A stretch of DNA of 64,000 nucleotides from Eledone cirrhosa (Eukaryota): assembly GCA_964016885.1 (NCBI GenBank), contig OZ024743.1:29202001-29266000 (forward strand), read 5' to 3'. A model generated the notes under the pieces. The model did not search any database and had not been told where the DNA came from. It worked only from the letters and a program-made list of their open reading frames with translations. Positions 29,599-43,134 of this stretch are shown piece by piece. The stretch's first letter is position 1. Each line of letters opens with the position of its first letter. Both the position numbers and the translations under genes were made by a program.

Positions 29599-30231
29599 TT
29601 TCTATTTCAAATTCGTGTACCAGCTGACAAGCTAAGGCTATGTTGGGACAACACCATGTTTGTAAATGCAACATCTAATAATAGATTACTTAATATGTTC
29701 AAGAAAATCCCTCGAGAAATTAACCTTAATATGAAGGTAGTTTTAAGATGAGTAAATCTATCAGATCTATTAGCTGTAGATTTTACAGAGGGATCGAATA
29801 CTGCATCTCTCTGAGGCGAGTGCTTTAACCACTATGCTAATTACAATATGTGTGATGAAACATCATGGAAGCAACTTAATAAATACATCTAGTATATAAA
29901 TAGACATAATCATTAAAATAAATATCCCAATGATGAATCAACACGTTTTGATCTTAATATATAATGCATTACACTATCAAACACGAGTGGAAGAAGAAAG
30001 GAATAATATACCTATAGATATTTAGTTTATCGTTGAATAATGTCTTATGTTTTCCAGAAAAAATAACTACACTTCAGAACAAAGTCTAACACAATGTTAC
30101 TCACAACCTCCAGATATTAAATGGAAATGAATTATGAACAGTCCTCTATTTTACCAAAAAGAAGTAAAATACTAAATTAATCCTTGCCATATCTTATTGG
30201 TCTATGAATACGAATGTCTCGACAGGGCTCA

Positions 30232-30315
<84 letters not shown>

Positions 30316-30475
30316 GGCTCAGAAAAATCTCTTTCATTGAGCTATTTAATCGTAAGAGACTATTTTGAGTTTCTATCTCAATAAATACCTTTGATATATA
30401 TATATATATATATTAGTTTTGCGAGGTTTTTTATATGAAATCGTGTGTCGAAACAGATATTGTATTTTATATATA

Positions 30476-31603
30476 ACACCCCCACTAGAGAGCACTAACA
30501 AGTTTGATTTAGAACGTAGCACGATGGAAAGCATCCAGCAGATAGCTAATTCCATACACCAGAGTATAACTGTAACTATAGACTTCCCTTCCAAACACCC
30601 TAACAATAGACTACCTGTATTAGACACAGAACTCTGGATTAACACTATAGACGAGAGAGCCCAAATTCTCCACTCACACTATGCTAAACCCATGGCCTCC
30701 AAATACCTGATACTCAAAAACTCAGCAATGTCCAGTAGTGCTAAGTTTAATATTCTGATCGCAGATTTGGTACGAGTGATGAAGAATGTGTCCAGCATGT
30801 GCGACCCAACAGAAATGGAAGGACACATCCAACACTTCATCAACCGCATGCAGTTCTCTGGCTACAACCAAAGAGACAGAGTCAGAGTATACGAAGGAGC
30901 CATGGAAAAGTATAAGACCCTCATAGAACTGGACATGAAAGGAATTTGCCCACTATACAGGAGCAAATCATGGAATAGCTTAGATAGGGCTAGACATAAG
31001 ATAGGGAAGGCCACATCATGGTACGACAACCAGAGATATCAGAGTGTCATGTTTGTGGACGCCACCCCTGGAGGGAAATTAGCTAACCAGTGTAGAAAGG
31101 CCCTGAGAAAGACCCACTTAAAAATAAAGGTGGTAGAAAAGCCAGGAACCACCATAAAATCCCTGATCAGCAAAACCTACCCTTTTAAGAAAACCCACTG
31201 TACTAATAGGAAATGTATCATATGTAAGGTGAACCCCCGGATAAACTGTAAAACTAGAAACGTAGTCTATAGCATAAGATGTACAGAGGGTACTTGCAGA
31301 AACATGACAACAACATACATAGGTGAGACAGCTCGTAGCATAGGTGAAAGGATAGACCAACACTGGGGGGAACTAAAAGGACGAAAAAACGGGTCAGTAC
31401 TATACGAACATGCTAGACAACAACATGACAGTAACATAGACAACATAGAAATTAGAATAATATCTAAACATAGGAATGACCCAGCAGATAGGCAAATCAG
31501 AGAGGCCAGTGAAATAGAAATTAGAAGACCAAAGCTAAATAGAAAGAATGAGTGGAACAACAACAACACCCAAACAAACAACACTGACCTAAGAGAAGTA
31601 TAA
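30476..31603 (+). CDS. PLE RT C-terminus/thumb + Cys-rich linker + GIY-YIG endonuclease (5'-truncated open frame)
   Basis: LPVLDTELW..HYAKP; C-x4-C-x2-C-x7-C linker; NVVYSIRC..YIGETAR..ER..QH..EH..R.IREA..I..PKLN. The first ~19 codons of the listed ORF come from the inverted tail. Confidence 0.88.
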   Translation, partial: TPPLESTNKFDLERSTMESIQQIANSIHQSITVTIDFPSKHPNNRLPVLDTELWINTIDERAQILHSHYAKPMASKYLILKNSAMSSSAKFNILIADLVRVMKNVSSMCDPTEMEGHIQHFINRMQFSGYNQRDRVRVYEGAMEKYKTLIELDMKGICPLYRSKSWNSLDRARHKIGKATSWYDNQRYQSVMFVDATPGGKLANQCRKALRKTHLKIKVVEKPGTTIKSLISKTYPFKKTHCTNRKCIICKVNPRINCKTRNVVYSIRCTEGTCRNMTTTYIGETARSIGERIDQHWGELKGRKNGSVLYEHARQQHDSNIDNIEIRIISKHRNDPADRQIREASEIEIRRPKLNRKNEWNNNNTQTNNTDLREV

Positions 31604-31880
31604 ATAAGTAAATAAAATTAAATAAAATAAGATAAATAAATACATACACAAGCACAATAACAACAAGCACATAAACACACACTAGTCACCCAGCAGACAC
31701 AACACTATACACACTAGTCACACATCACACAAACACTATACACACACGCAAACGCATGCGCAAAGAAGACAAAATAAAATAAGATAAACAAACAAGCAAA
31801 TAAATAAATAAATATATAGACAGACTGAACAAAAAAAATGGCGTAGACATACAACACAACAGGAGGAACAATGAATATAA

Positions 31881-31925
31881 CACCACTGACGATGTTGCAG
31901 ATGTGCAACGAAAGATTTATGTAAA
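31881..31925 (+). ncRNA. Hammerhead ribozyme core (stems I/III degenerate) in PLE 3' region
   Basis: CTGACGA-T-GTTGCA(GATG)TGCAAC-GAAA. Confidence 0.65.
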
Positions 31926-32127
31926 TTATGTAAACTATATATATGTGTTTGTGTCTATATTGTATCTGTATTATTTTTGACCGTCGGTCAGTCAATGGCA
32001 ACATTGAGGACCGAGTAAGTTAGATCGCAGATATAAAAGACAGCGAGAAGCGAAAACCAACCAAACAGTGAGTGTGTTCTGTTATTAATTCTGGCAATAT
32101 TACGCAAATATGACCCTCCCCAAATAT

Positions 32128-32182
<55 letters not shown>

Positions 32183-33399
32183 CCTGGTTAGATAAAATTA
32201 AAATTCAATTTAAAACCTGTACAGAAAAACCATTCGTTCCTAAAACATTTTAATGAGGTTCTTATTCCATACATTATCAGAGGCATGATACCATATATAT
32301 AATTATTCAATTATTCCTTACACAACCCTACTCAAGAACTAGATGCATCACACTTAAACTTGCCCAAATAAAAAATGTGGAATGTTTATTTTTGTTTTCC
32401 TGTTGAGCAACATTTAATGAAACAAAGAATCGTATTAGCAATTATATTTTAGGGGAGAGTGAATGGAATTGTTTTATGTATGCGAGTGTGCACGATTGTA
32501 TTTTTATGTTGTGTCAATTCGCATTCATTAGAATGTGTGTATGTTTGTGTATGTGTGAGAGAAACACTGCTGAAACAATATGGATACATTCGTAAGTATA
32601 TGTCATGTTTCGACCTACATCTGATCCAACTCAGGAATACCAGCATAAAAGTAAAAGCGATAGATTTTAAACATTCCAAATTTCACTACACATTTTAATA
32701 TGAATCAAAAGTACCAAATAGAAAGAAATTAGCTAAATCATCAACCATAATAATATGCTAGTATGTTTGTATATTTATTTATATATCTGTAACTCTTAAG
32801 AATTTACACACACACCCATATACACGCGTGCATATAATGTAATTCCTATATATTTCATATTGTTTCAACTACCAGAATGGCCCGGCGTTGCTCGCAATTG
32901 TAAACATAGATTGGCATGTTTATCCTTTCTTTCTGAAACAGTTTCGTCATACGTTCACCAATTGATGCAGAAGTCCTAGTAAAAAGGGAAGTCGCCTTGG
33001 GTGAATAGGCCATTAATTTTCCAAAAGATTTTTCAAAAGCATGTAATTGCGTTCCCTCTCTTTTTCGTTGTTGTTTTTGCTGCTGTTGGTGTGATAGCAG
33101 CCGTTGGGTGCAGTCTCGTCCTTCTTCAGCCAATCGTGTATATCCCTTCTGCCTCGTCAGCAATGAGAACAATATTTGCTCTAGGGTTCTTATATATTTG
33201 ATATACGTATATTTATATACGTATATTTTGATATACGCATATTTATCCTTATCGAGCCTTGTGAAATAAATACGTTTGTTTATATTTTGTTATTGTGTAT
33301 GCAAAAATATCTGTACACGAATATATAATTATATCTATATATCTAAAACAGAGAATGCCTGTCTGTCTGTCTGTCTGACTCCCTAAAACTCTGCTGTTT

Positions 33400-33575
33400 A
33401 TACTTTAACTCTTTCAAAACCAACCCAACCTTTCACACACATGCATGTGTGTGTGTATTTCATGACTCATGCACTGTTTACTTTCCTGACATTTGTACAT
33501 TATTCTATGTACTATATATGCATCTTTGATGAGTTGTAGTGCACCTGAGCACTGTACACAATTTTCCTCATTATT
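33400..33575 (+). mobile_element. 3' tail of the same CR1-like LINE family
   Basis: Shares CATGACTCAT...CCTGACATTTGT...GAGTTGTAGTGCACCTGAGCACT with 13415-13515. Confidence 0.7.
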
Positions 33576-33577
33576 AT

Positions 33578-33765
33578 GGATTGGCAGTATCGTTAGAGGG
33601 TCGGAGGCCATGCTTTCCAGCATAGTTACGTCCCTTTACAGTCTGAGTTCAAATCCTGCCGAGGGTAACTTTGCCTTTCATCCTTACGGGGTCGATAAAA
33701 AAAGTATCAGTAATGCACTGGGATAATTTCTGGGCTTGTGCCAAAAGTAGAAACAATTATTATTA
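33578..33765 (+). mobile_element. SINE family A
   Basis: Family match ending in (ATT)n. Confidence 0.9.
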
Positions 33766-33885
33766 TTATTATAAAACCATCTCTGATTATATAAAACAAA
33801 CCATATATTTATCCTTATCGAGCCTCGTGAAATAAATACGTTTATTTTGTTATTATGTATGCAAACATATCTGTACACGAATATA

Positions 33886-33937
<52 letters not shown>

Positions 33938-34942
33938 TAACAGATTAAAGTTTAAGCGAAGAATCGCTGCTTTCATCCTTAACGGGATCTTCTGAAACAA
34001 AAAAAAACAATCTGTGAACGCAGAAGTAAATATTTCGAAAAACGTTACACACTATATATATATATGTATATATATATATATACACATACACTATATATAT
34101 ACACATATATACACACACACACACATATAGTGTCATAATGTCGTAATTCAGACAGCCAGACATACAGACAGATATTATAAGGGCGCCACGTTATATTTAT
34201 GTATCTATCTTAAAAGACAGACTAAGAAAGACAGAGAGATCGCTAACCGGAACCTAATGCGGTCCCCAGGGCATTGAAAATTTGAAATAATCTTTGCTTA
34301 AAACACTCATACGACCATAAGTAATACATGTGTAAAGTTTGAAAAAATCGGTCGGGTGGTTCTCGAGTTTTAGGGAGACAGACTGACAGAGAGACAGACA
34401 GATAGACAGACAGACATTCTCTGTTTTTGATTTATAGCTAAGAAGTTCGTTTTCCAATCACGAGGTCCCGATTCTAACCTTACATTTATCCCTGTAAATA
34501 ATTATTTCTCGAAGGTTACTCATACATTTGATGCTGTATTTCATTTGTACATATATGCTGAACTCTTCGCCGTGTCAGGGTTTCTCTTAAGCAAACCATT
34601 AATTTATCATAATGCAAATTTATTATAATGCAAATTTATCAGTTTGTATGATTGTTCAGATATCCAGTAATTTTTGTATATATGGCATACTGGTACTGGA
34701 CTTCAAATTTACAAAGGTTCTACGGTAATCTGGTCATTATTGAATTGGTTCAGTAGTACATAGATTATATATGTATATACGTATATGTTGAGCCGTAACC
34801 CGTGATGGAGTTGTACAGACATTTTAAATCAGGCGGAGCCAATCCTCGCTTCAGCTCTGAATAAAGCCGATTTCTCCCAGATAAGGAGTGTGAGGAAAAG
34901 GAACTGCGAAAGCGATATGTGAGAAAGAATCTAACACATTAG

Positions 34943-35049
34943 AAAGGATGAAAGGCAAAGATGACCTTAGCGGGATTTGAACTCTGAGTACAGAGAACCG
35001 GAATGAATACCTCAAAGTATTGTATCTAACATTCTACCAATTCACCGCC
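34943..35049 (-). mobile_element. SINE family A 5' half
   Basis: GGATGAAAGGCAAAG..GGGATTTGAACTC..CCAATTCACCGCC. Confidence 0.75.
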
Positions 35050-35427
35050 TAATAGATTTCCCTGAATTTACAATTACAAATATAGTTATTTATATCTTCA
35101 ATCAGTAATTACCACCACAAGTAAAACCACTTTAGTGTAAATTGTTTACATAGTATTTCCAATGTTCAAAATCCACCTACACACTAGGAATACAAGTAAA
35201 ACGTCTTTCTATTCCTCAATTATTAGCTTTTCCATATTCATGCTTTCAAAACTTCACCATAGAGACATACATAGGAATTTTACATTGAAACCTTTTCAAC
35301 AAGAAACGATTCACATATAGAACCTTTTCTATAGAAATTATTATACTGCCTTTAACATTGTTATATAGCCATATGTAGAATTAGTACTTGGTAATTGGGG
35401 TTAGCTGCTTAGAAGTACAACTAGAAG

Positions 35428-35458
<31 letters not shown>

Positions 35459-36301
35459 AAGAGGAAAATGCGAAGTTGTAGATGTTAGTCTTTTATTAAT
35501 ATTTCCATGACGATAGATATCGTAATTTCTTCAGACAGCAAAAATTGAGTAAAAGGTAACATTTCAGAGGCAATTTTGGGTGACCGCTCCCTTCTAAGTT
35601 TCAGAACCTCCCGACAACCCGGTGCAGACGCAGAGGTGTCGGTGGCTGATCACTCAACTACCACCCAGAATACTACCAACCTTATTTGTTCTCTCTAGCT
35701 ACTAGTCTCCCACCATCTCGGCCCGCAATACTATATGGTCAGTGCGAGTTCAAACCAGCCAAATTTGTTTACTGCTAGCTTTGGTCTCCAGCAGAATTTC
35801 AGTGCATGTGTACCTGCTACCCGTAATGGCGGCATAATATACTGACCATCAACCCAAGGTGAGAAAGTTATCCAATGCTATAGTTAATATAACTTATAGA
35901 AAATATTTAAGGTTTCACAACCCGAACTTCAGAACTGGATATCAATTTGTTATAATTCCCCCATGGAAAAAGAACTGGCCTCTTATCGAGAATGGCAGGC
36001 AAAATCTAAAATTTAAATTTTGCCTGCCATTCTCGATAAGTATCGAATGTAAAAATTAGATAATCATATAGTTGGTATCCCGGTCAATCCGGTAGAGACA
36101 AATATATACATTGATAATGACAATTTAAGGAAAAATTTTCTACAGGACTAGTACTGTTTCATTCGTATGAAATCATCAGGAATGCCATGATCTGAGTTCC
36201 CCATTTACTCCGGTTACCCCCGATTCAACTCGAGAGATACTTATATATATATTCATACGAATGAAACATTACTTGTCCTGTAGAAACCTTTTCTGTATAA
36301 A

Positions 36302-36422
<121 letters not shown>

Positions 36423-36453
36423 ACACACACACACACACAAATATATATATATA

Positions 36454-37178
36454 GGTCATATTTGTGTAATAATTTTGCCAGAATTAATAACAGAACACAC
36501 TCACTGTTTGGTTGGTTTTCGCCTCTGTGTCTTTTATATCGGTTAATTTAAGTTATTCGGTCCTCAATGTTACCATTGACTGACCAACGGTCAAAAATAC
36601 AGATACAATATAGACACAAACACACATATATATATATAGTCTAACAAAGTTCTTTCGTTGTACATCTGCAACATCGTCAGTGGTGCTATTATGTTTCCTC
36701 CCGTTGCATTGTATAACCAATACATAGTCACCCAAACACGAATACACATCAAACAAAACACTATACACACACGCAAACGCATGCGCAGAGAAGACAAACA
36801 AATAAACAAATAAATAAATAAATAAACAGACTAAATAAAGATGGCGTAAGCATACAATTCAACGGGAGGAAACATAATAGCACCACTGACGATGTTGCAG
36901 ATGTGCAACGAAAGGACTTTGTTAGACTAAATATATGTTTGTGTCTATATTGTATCTGTATTTTTGACCGTTGGTCAGTCAATGGTAACATTGAGGACCG
37001 AATAAATTGAATTAACCGAGATAAAATACACAGAAGCGAAAACCAACCAAACAGTGAGTGTGTTCTGTTATTAATTCTGGCAATATTATTACACAAATAT
37101 GAACCTCCCCAAGTATAACAATATTTGTTTCGACACACGATTTCATATAAAAAACCTCGCAAAACTAATTCATCGCCG
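36454..37178 (+). mobile_element. Fold-back pLTR-only copy of the 30.4-kb PLE family
   Basis: Inverted arms 36454-36714 and 36852-37104, homologous to ~31850-32120. Hammerhead core in both arms (CTGACGA at 36886-36892 on plus). Unpaired tail 37105-37178. Confidence 0.88.
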
Positions 37179-37281
37179 TTATATATATATAAATATAAGT
37201 ATGTATATATATATATATAAGTATGTATATTTAGGTATCAACCGTACTAAGAGTGAGAAATGAAATTTCGTTTCATTCTTT

Positions 37282-37359
<78 letters not shown>

Positions 37360-37919
37360 CATATACATACATACATGTACATCTCTCTCTCTCTCTTACT
37401 TCCTCTCTGTTGATATACTTGCTATGTAAATATTCACAAACATGCATACATATAGAGATATAAATAGAGATGTAGCTAGTAATGTTGTAATAGTGTATAA
37501 TATAATGATTAATATAATATATTGGTAAAACAGTAACTGACATAGAACTCGTAGAAATTGTTGAGACAAGTGTTCTTATTCAATATCATTCAAATTACAA
37601 ATATAGACGAAATTTATACATCATTGCCATACACAATCATACACAATGATATAAAATAAACCTACACACATACACATACACACACATATATATAATTGTC
37701 TCTGTGTGTGCGTATGTGCAATTAACTATAAAATGGATAAACGGTACGATGTGAATAGGAAATATGAAATAGAGTAGTTTAAAGCAAGGAGGAAAAAAAA
37801 TGGTTTTTCCATATATCTCATATTTCGAGGTTAACAACTCTTCATCGGGTGAGGAAAAAAATGAAGAATTTTACGAACTATCATTTGTTGTAATGATAGC
37901 CAGTGGTTGTAGTCGGTTA

Positions 37920-38789
37920 GTGATAAGGCGATATGAGCACACCAGTCACAGTAGCCAGTCGGCTCTATAAAATTCATTGTCGTACATTGTCGAGAGGACT
38001 TGATCCTTCACAAAGCACCAACATTCAACACCTCCATAAGCCCGACCTTCTGAATAGATGCTGTCGAAAAGATCCTCATCCACTGAACAATGACCTGGCT
38101 CAACGCCATGTGAACATTTGCAAAGAATTAACAAATCTTTGAAATGGCCATTTTTGGCGTTGAAGGAGGATGAGAAATGGATCTTTTTTCGAAATCATAA
38201 TAAGAGAAATCAGTGACTTCGTTCCGACCAGGCTTCAAAACCTATTGTCAAAAAAGGGGTGGTTTGAACAGAAAGTCATGTTGCGTGTTTGGTGGAATTA
38301 GGAGGTGGTGTTGCACTTTGAGTTTGTCCCATATTCTGAACGCTGACCTTTAAGCTTAACAACTGCAGCGAGTATATGCATCTTTGATATATGAGTATAT
38401 GAAGCATTGATCAATCAAAGACACGCACTCCTACAGCATGTCAATACCCTTTCACACACTGCCGATATGACCAAGCGCAAGCTTAAGGAATTTGAGGGTG
38501 GAAGTGCTGCCTCATCCTACTTTGAGTCCAAACAATCAGATTACCTCTCTTTGCCAGCCATGGTTCATTTCCTGCGCGGACGGAAGTTCAACAATATGGA
38601 TGAGGGTGAAAACAGATGCAGGGACTTTTTGCATCTAAACATCCAATTGGTATAAGCGTGGAGCTTCTCTCATAAAGATAGCAATAAAAAATAAAATATG
38701 ATAGGATATAATTTGATGAATAAATTATGTAATTTGTTTGAACTATTAATTAAAGCTCGAAACACGATAAAACGTTTGACTCAACCTGG

Positions 38790-38790
<1 letters not shown>
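37920..38790 (+). mobile_element. Decayed mariner transposase 3' part with terminal repeat
   Basis: EKWI, KVML.VWW, SDY...M.HFLRGRKF remnants. Ends TTTGACTCAACCTGG-TA. Confidence 0.75.
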
Positions 38791-39126
<336 letters not shown>

Positions 39127-39166
39127 ACAGGAGGCTGGACTGGTGTAGTTCCTTAAAAGGTTTATT

Positions 39167-39224
39167 ATACTATGATCATTTCAATGACCGGGTTCAGTAT
39201 GAATCCGGTGACATCATTAGGTAT
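39167..39224 (-). ncRNA. Hammerhead copy on the opposite strand, core mutated (CTAATGA)
   Basis: Reverse complement of 39362-39419 with a G5->A change. Confidence 0.7.
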
Positions 39225-39361
39225 TCGAAATATAACAAAGTAATATAATAGACTTGAGGGCGACCGACCGGGGTAGAAGCTGCTAAATGTTCGGTCGCCC
39301 TCATGTCTCTGATTTTCAGCCCCATGGATTTTGTCTATTATATTCCTTTGTTATATTTCGA

Positions 39362-39419
39362 ATACCTGATGATGTCACCGGATTCATACTGAACCCGGTC
39401 ATTGAAATGATCATAGTAT
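39362..39419 (+). ncRNA. Minimal type-I hammerhead ribozyme
   Basis: ATAC-CTGATGA-stem II (ACCGG.TTCA/TGAA.CCGGT)-GAA-ATGATCAT (palindromic stem III)-A-GTAT. Confidence 0.85.
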
Positions 39420-39626
39420 AATAAACCTTTTAAGGAATTACACCAGTCCAGCCTCCTGTTATCTTATAATAATTAACTCCGTACTCACACCACAAACTAC
39501 ACAAACGAAGACGGGTAAGTTGCATTAGGTTGAGTGCGCTCCATAATATTACATCGAGGTTGACCATACACAATGACCAGTTCTATCCAGTGATGAAGCA
39601 ACAAACCTAAATAAATAAATAAATAA

Positions 39627-39659
<33 letters not shown>

Positions 39660-40102
39660 AACTATTATAAAATAAGAAAGAATAATAGACACAATACATA
39701 CCTATCTTTTCGTCGTCCCGACTGTACAGCTTCGCTGGTCACTATGCAAAAATGTTATATCATAGATATGTAACATTGTTGTGAGGTAAGCCAGCTTGTC
39801 AAGGGAGCACTTCAGGGAAGAGCCCTAACTACATACGTCCGTAGCATGCCAGAAAATCTCAAAAAGGCGGAGGGAGACTCTATCACGTGATACACCGGTC
39901 AAGAAAGGGGATTAATCCCTTGTAGCAGTGAAACATATCTCAGAAGGCGGAGGGATATATTCATATGATACAGAGGCTACAGAGGGGTGGTAAGGTTGAC
40001 TGGTTAAGGTCGACAACATACAATCTCACATACTTGTGAAAAATATATGTTTATATATACATGTATATGTATGTATGCACATATATCTGTATACCTCTCA
40101 TT

Positions 40103-40198
40103 CCGAAGTTAACTTTGCCTTTCATCCTTACCGGGTCGATAAAATAAAGTACCAGTAATGTAATGAGTAATTGCTGGCCTTGTGCCAATAGTAGAAAC

Positions 40199-40203
<5 letters not shown>
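40103..40203 (+). mobile_element. SINE family A 3' half
   Basis: CCGAAGTTAACTTTGCCTTTCATCC..GTAGAAACAATT. Confidence 0.85.
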
Positions 40204-40258
<55 letters not shown>

Positions 40259-40361
40259 TAAGTGTTGAAGTTTCCGTAGAAAAAGTAAAAGGAATGAAGA
40301 GTGCTCTATGTAAGTAACAGAGATAAATATTTAATGTATATTAAACAACACAGTATATTCA

Positions 40362-40429
40362 CCTCATTACCCGAGGTTTCCCGAACAGGACGAACACAAA
40401 AGACGTCCGCATTCGTTCGTCAGATAAGG
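40362..40429 (-). ncRNA. Minimal type-I hammerhead ribozyme
   Basis: CCTTAT-CTGACGA-stem II (CGAAT..GGACG/CGTCC..GTTCG)-GAAACCTCGGGTA-ATGAGG. GUA cleavage triplet. Confidence 0.85.
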
Positions 40430-40995
40430 CAATATAACAGTGAGATATTTGAAAATAGCTTATCAAGAAAGGCTAAAATGTTTAACGGACAAAAAATATA
40501 CATAAAAGTAATACGACAAAAAATATATAAAAAATAAAAGTAAAGGAATATAGTAGGATGATGTGTGTATATGTACATATATTTGCGCATGTGTGTATAT
40601 GTACAACTGCATGGGTATAGTGAAAATATGTATGTCTAAGTACATACATGAGGGCAAATATATTGGTGTATGTGCGACCACAAACACATATATATATGTT
40701 AAAAGTAGAAATTGTAAAATAATGAAGTTTGCGTACATGCAGACGTAAATACTAAGGGCTGATATAAACACACATACAAACGTAAAAGGACGTACGCACA
40801 CAGACATATATATACACGCGACCACATACATGTATACATGTATATAATATACACAAGGAAGGGAGTGTATAAAGTCATACGCAGAGTCAGACGGAAGGTC
40901 GATACAAATATAAAATATGATGAATAAATGAAAAAATATATAAGATAAAAATAAATAATAAAAATTAATGAAATTTAAGGCAATGAGAAAGTAAG

Positions 40996-41068
<73 letters not shown>

Positions 41069-41088
41069 GCGTGTGCGTACAGTTCGTA

Positions 41089-42268
41089 CTATCCGTTAGG
41101 GTATAACGTGGGGCTGTAATACAGGAAAGTTTTGTGCAATTTATGTTTACAAGCCGAAATTGCCTCAGATTTTTTGTTTAAGATGCGGTCTTTGGCGTAG
41201 AGTATTTCCAAGGCCTCAGCAGCGCAGAGATCACATGGTCTTTTATTTCCGTTATACGATCTAGCCTTAGCTAGAATCTCCCAGTGTAACTTATATTGGG
41301 TCTGGCTGTCTTTTAGACTCCAGATATAAGCTGAAAGTGACGTCATCTTCCTTTTTAAAGGGTTAAGAAAAGAATGGGTATGCATGTAAAGACGCTGCTT
41401 GAATCTACAGGGCGTGGGTGTTTCAACCTTACATTTGTCGACAATGTTACTAGAGAGGCATTTCTCGGATAGGGGGCAGTCAACCCGATTCCTACAATTA
41501 CAGTTAGTACTAGCTACAGGGTTGCACGTGTCCCTACGGCTAGGTAGTTTAGCTAAATTTGAAGCTCTGAAGTTATGTGCAAGGTTAGGAATCGTATAGT
41601 AAGAAATTTTAATGGTATTTCTATTAAAAATTTTACTATATTTATGTGCTGAGAGGGAGGGGAATGCTTCATAATAAGGGAGAGAAATATCTTAGCTAAT
41701 GGTGTGGCCACCTCCAAATAATATGGTGGGTTATACCATATAATGCGTCGGGATCTATTTTTCTAGTTCTATTCTCGTACTCTGTATATGCTACCTTATC
41801 GACAAATCCACTCCGAACATGAGCTTCATTGTAATATGTGGAATGGTAGTTGAAAATATGCTCGTTAGTAGATAGACGGGAAAGCCTCAAAGAATAATTT
41901 CTTACCAGATTCTTGGTTATGATGGCAGGATGGTTAGAATGCTTACTTATGTAATTAAGCGTATCATTCTGCTTTCTATACAGGTAGTGCAAGCCATTCG
42001 ACAAATTGAGGGTAACGTCGAGGTAATAAACGACCGAAAGGTTTGCCTAAACCTGTATGGAGAGGTTGAAGGCTTTAAAGAAGGCTGTGAGTTCTTTTCT
42101 GAACCTGTCACAAGCACGTGGACCGCACTTTGTCATGGTCAAAAGACCATCATCACGGTACAAACCACCGCCCACGTTGGGGAATTCTTCCTTGATAGAG
42201 AAAAGAAGGAAAAGGCCGATAAGATCAGTGACCTCCGCAGAATAGCTGGCGCCCATACTCACGTCCAA
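41089..42268 (-). pseudogene. Naiad-like PLE RT/GIY-YIG coding remnant
   Basis: ORF pieces 42047-42268, 41696-42004 and 41089-41385, joined by frameshifts/stops. YIG motif is missing. Confidence 0.85.
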
Positions 42269-42275
42269 TGGGGTA

Positions 42276-42353
<78 letters not shown>

Positions 42354-42709
42354 ATATATATATATATATACACATATATATACACATACATATACATATA
42401 TTCACACGTACACACGCGACCATATATATATATATATATATATATGTATACATATATATGAAAACACATATACATAAACGCATACACACATATATATATA
42501 TACACAGATACACGCACACATACAAATGCGTTCGTATATATATATACATACACATATACGCACACATACGCATACATACCTATATAAATCAACAACCATA
42601 TCAATAATTGGGTACAAAATATACACAAGTTTACATACATCAGTACGACTCAGGGAGAACGAAAAATATTATTATATACAACGAAAAATATTTATTTATA
42701 TATATATAT

Positions 42710-42758
<49 letters not shown>

Positions 42759-42840
42759 CATATATATATACATACATATATATATATATACATACATATA
42801 TACATACATATATATATACATACATATATACATACATATA

Positions 42841-43062
<222 letters not shown>

Positions 43063-43134
43063 TATATACATACATATATATATACATACATATATACATA
43101 CATATATACATACATACATATATATATACAAACA

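Larger units (their letters stand above)
30411..32133 (+). mobile_element. Penelope-like element (Neptune-like), 5'-truncated, embedded in (TA)n
   Basis: ORF with RT thumb and GIY-YIG endonuclease. 3' pLTR with a hammerhead core. Inverted copy of the family tail at 30413-30470. Confidence 0.92.
32868..34445. mobile_element. Cluster of Helitron-like non-autonomous ends
   Basis: TCTATATA..AAAACAGAGAATG.CTGTCTGTC heads at ~33334 (plus) and ~34440 (minus). GC-rich subterminal palindrome-like end at ~32870-32895. Similar heads at ~61910 and ~63700. Confidence 0.45.
40255..42275 (-). mobile_element. Penelope-like element (Naiad-like), 5'-truncated and decayed
   Basis: DVSMGASYSAEV, GLYRDDGL, YISKHSNHP, WYNPPY, IKISY, CNCR..CPL..KC, FKQR..H, WEIL, CDLC..E, LNKKSE..CKH. 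3' UTR with hammerhead. Confidence 0.9.

Noticed and set aside
33955-33995. Hammerhead in the CAGATTA..AAGAATC repeat (minus strand CAGAAGA..GAAAG)
   Set aside because: Core reads CAGA rather than CTGA in both longer copies, and stems I/III do not pair.
41089-41600. Selenocysteine recoding in the Naiad-like element
   Set aside because: Conserved Cys positions read are TGT/TGC, with no in-frame TGA at those sites.
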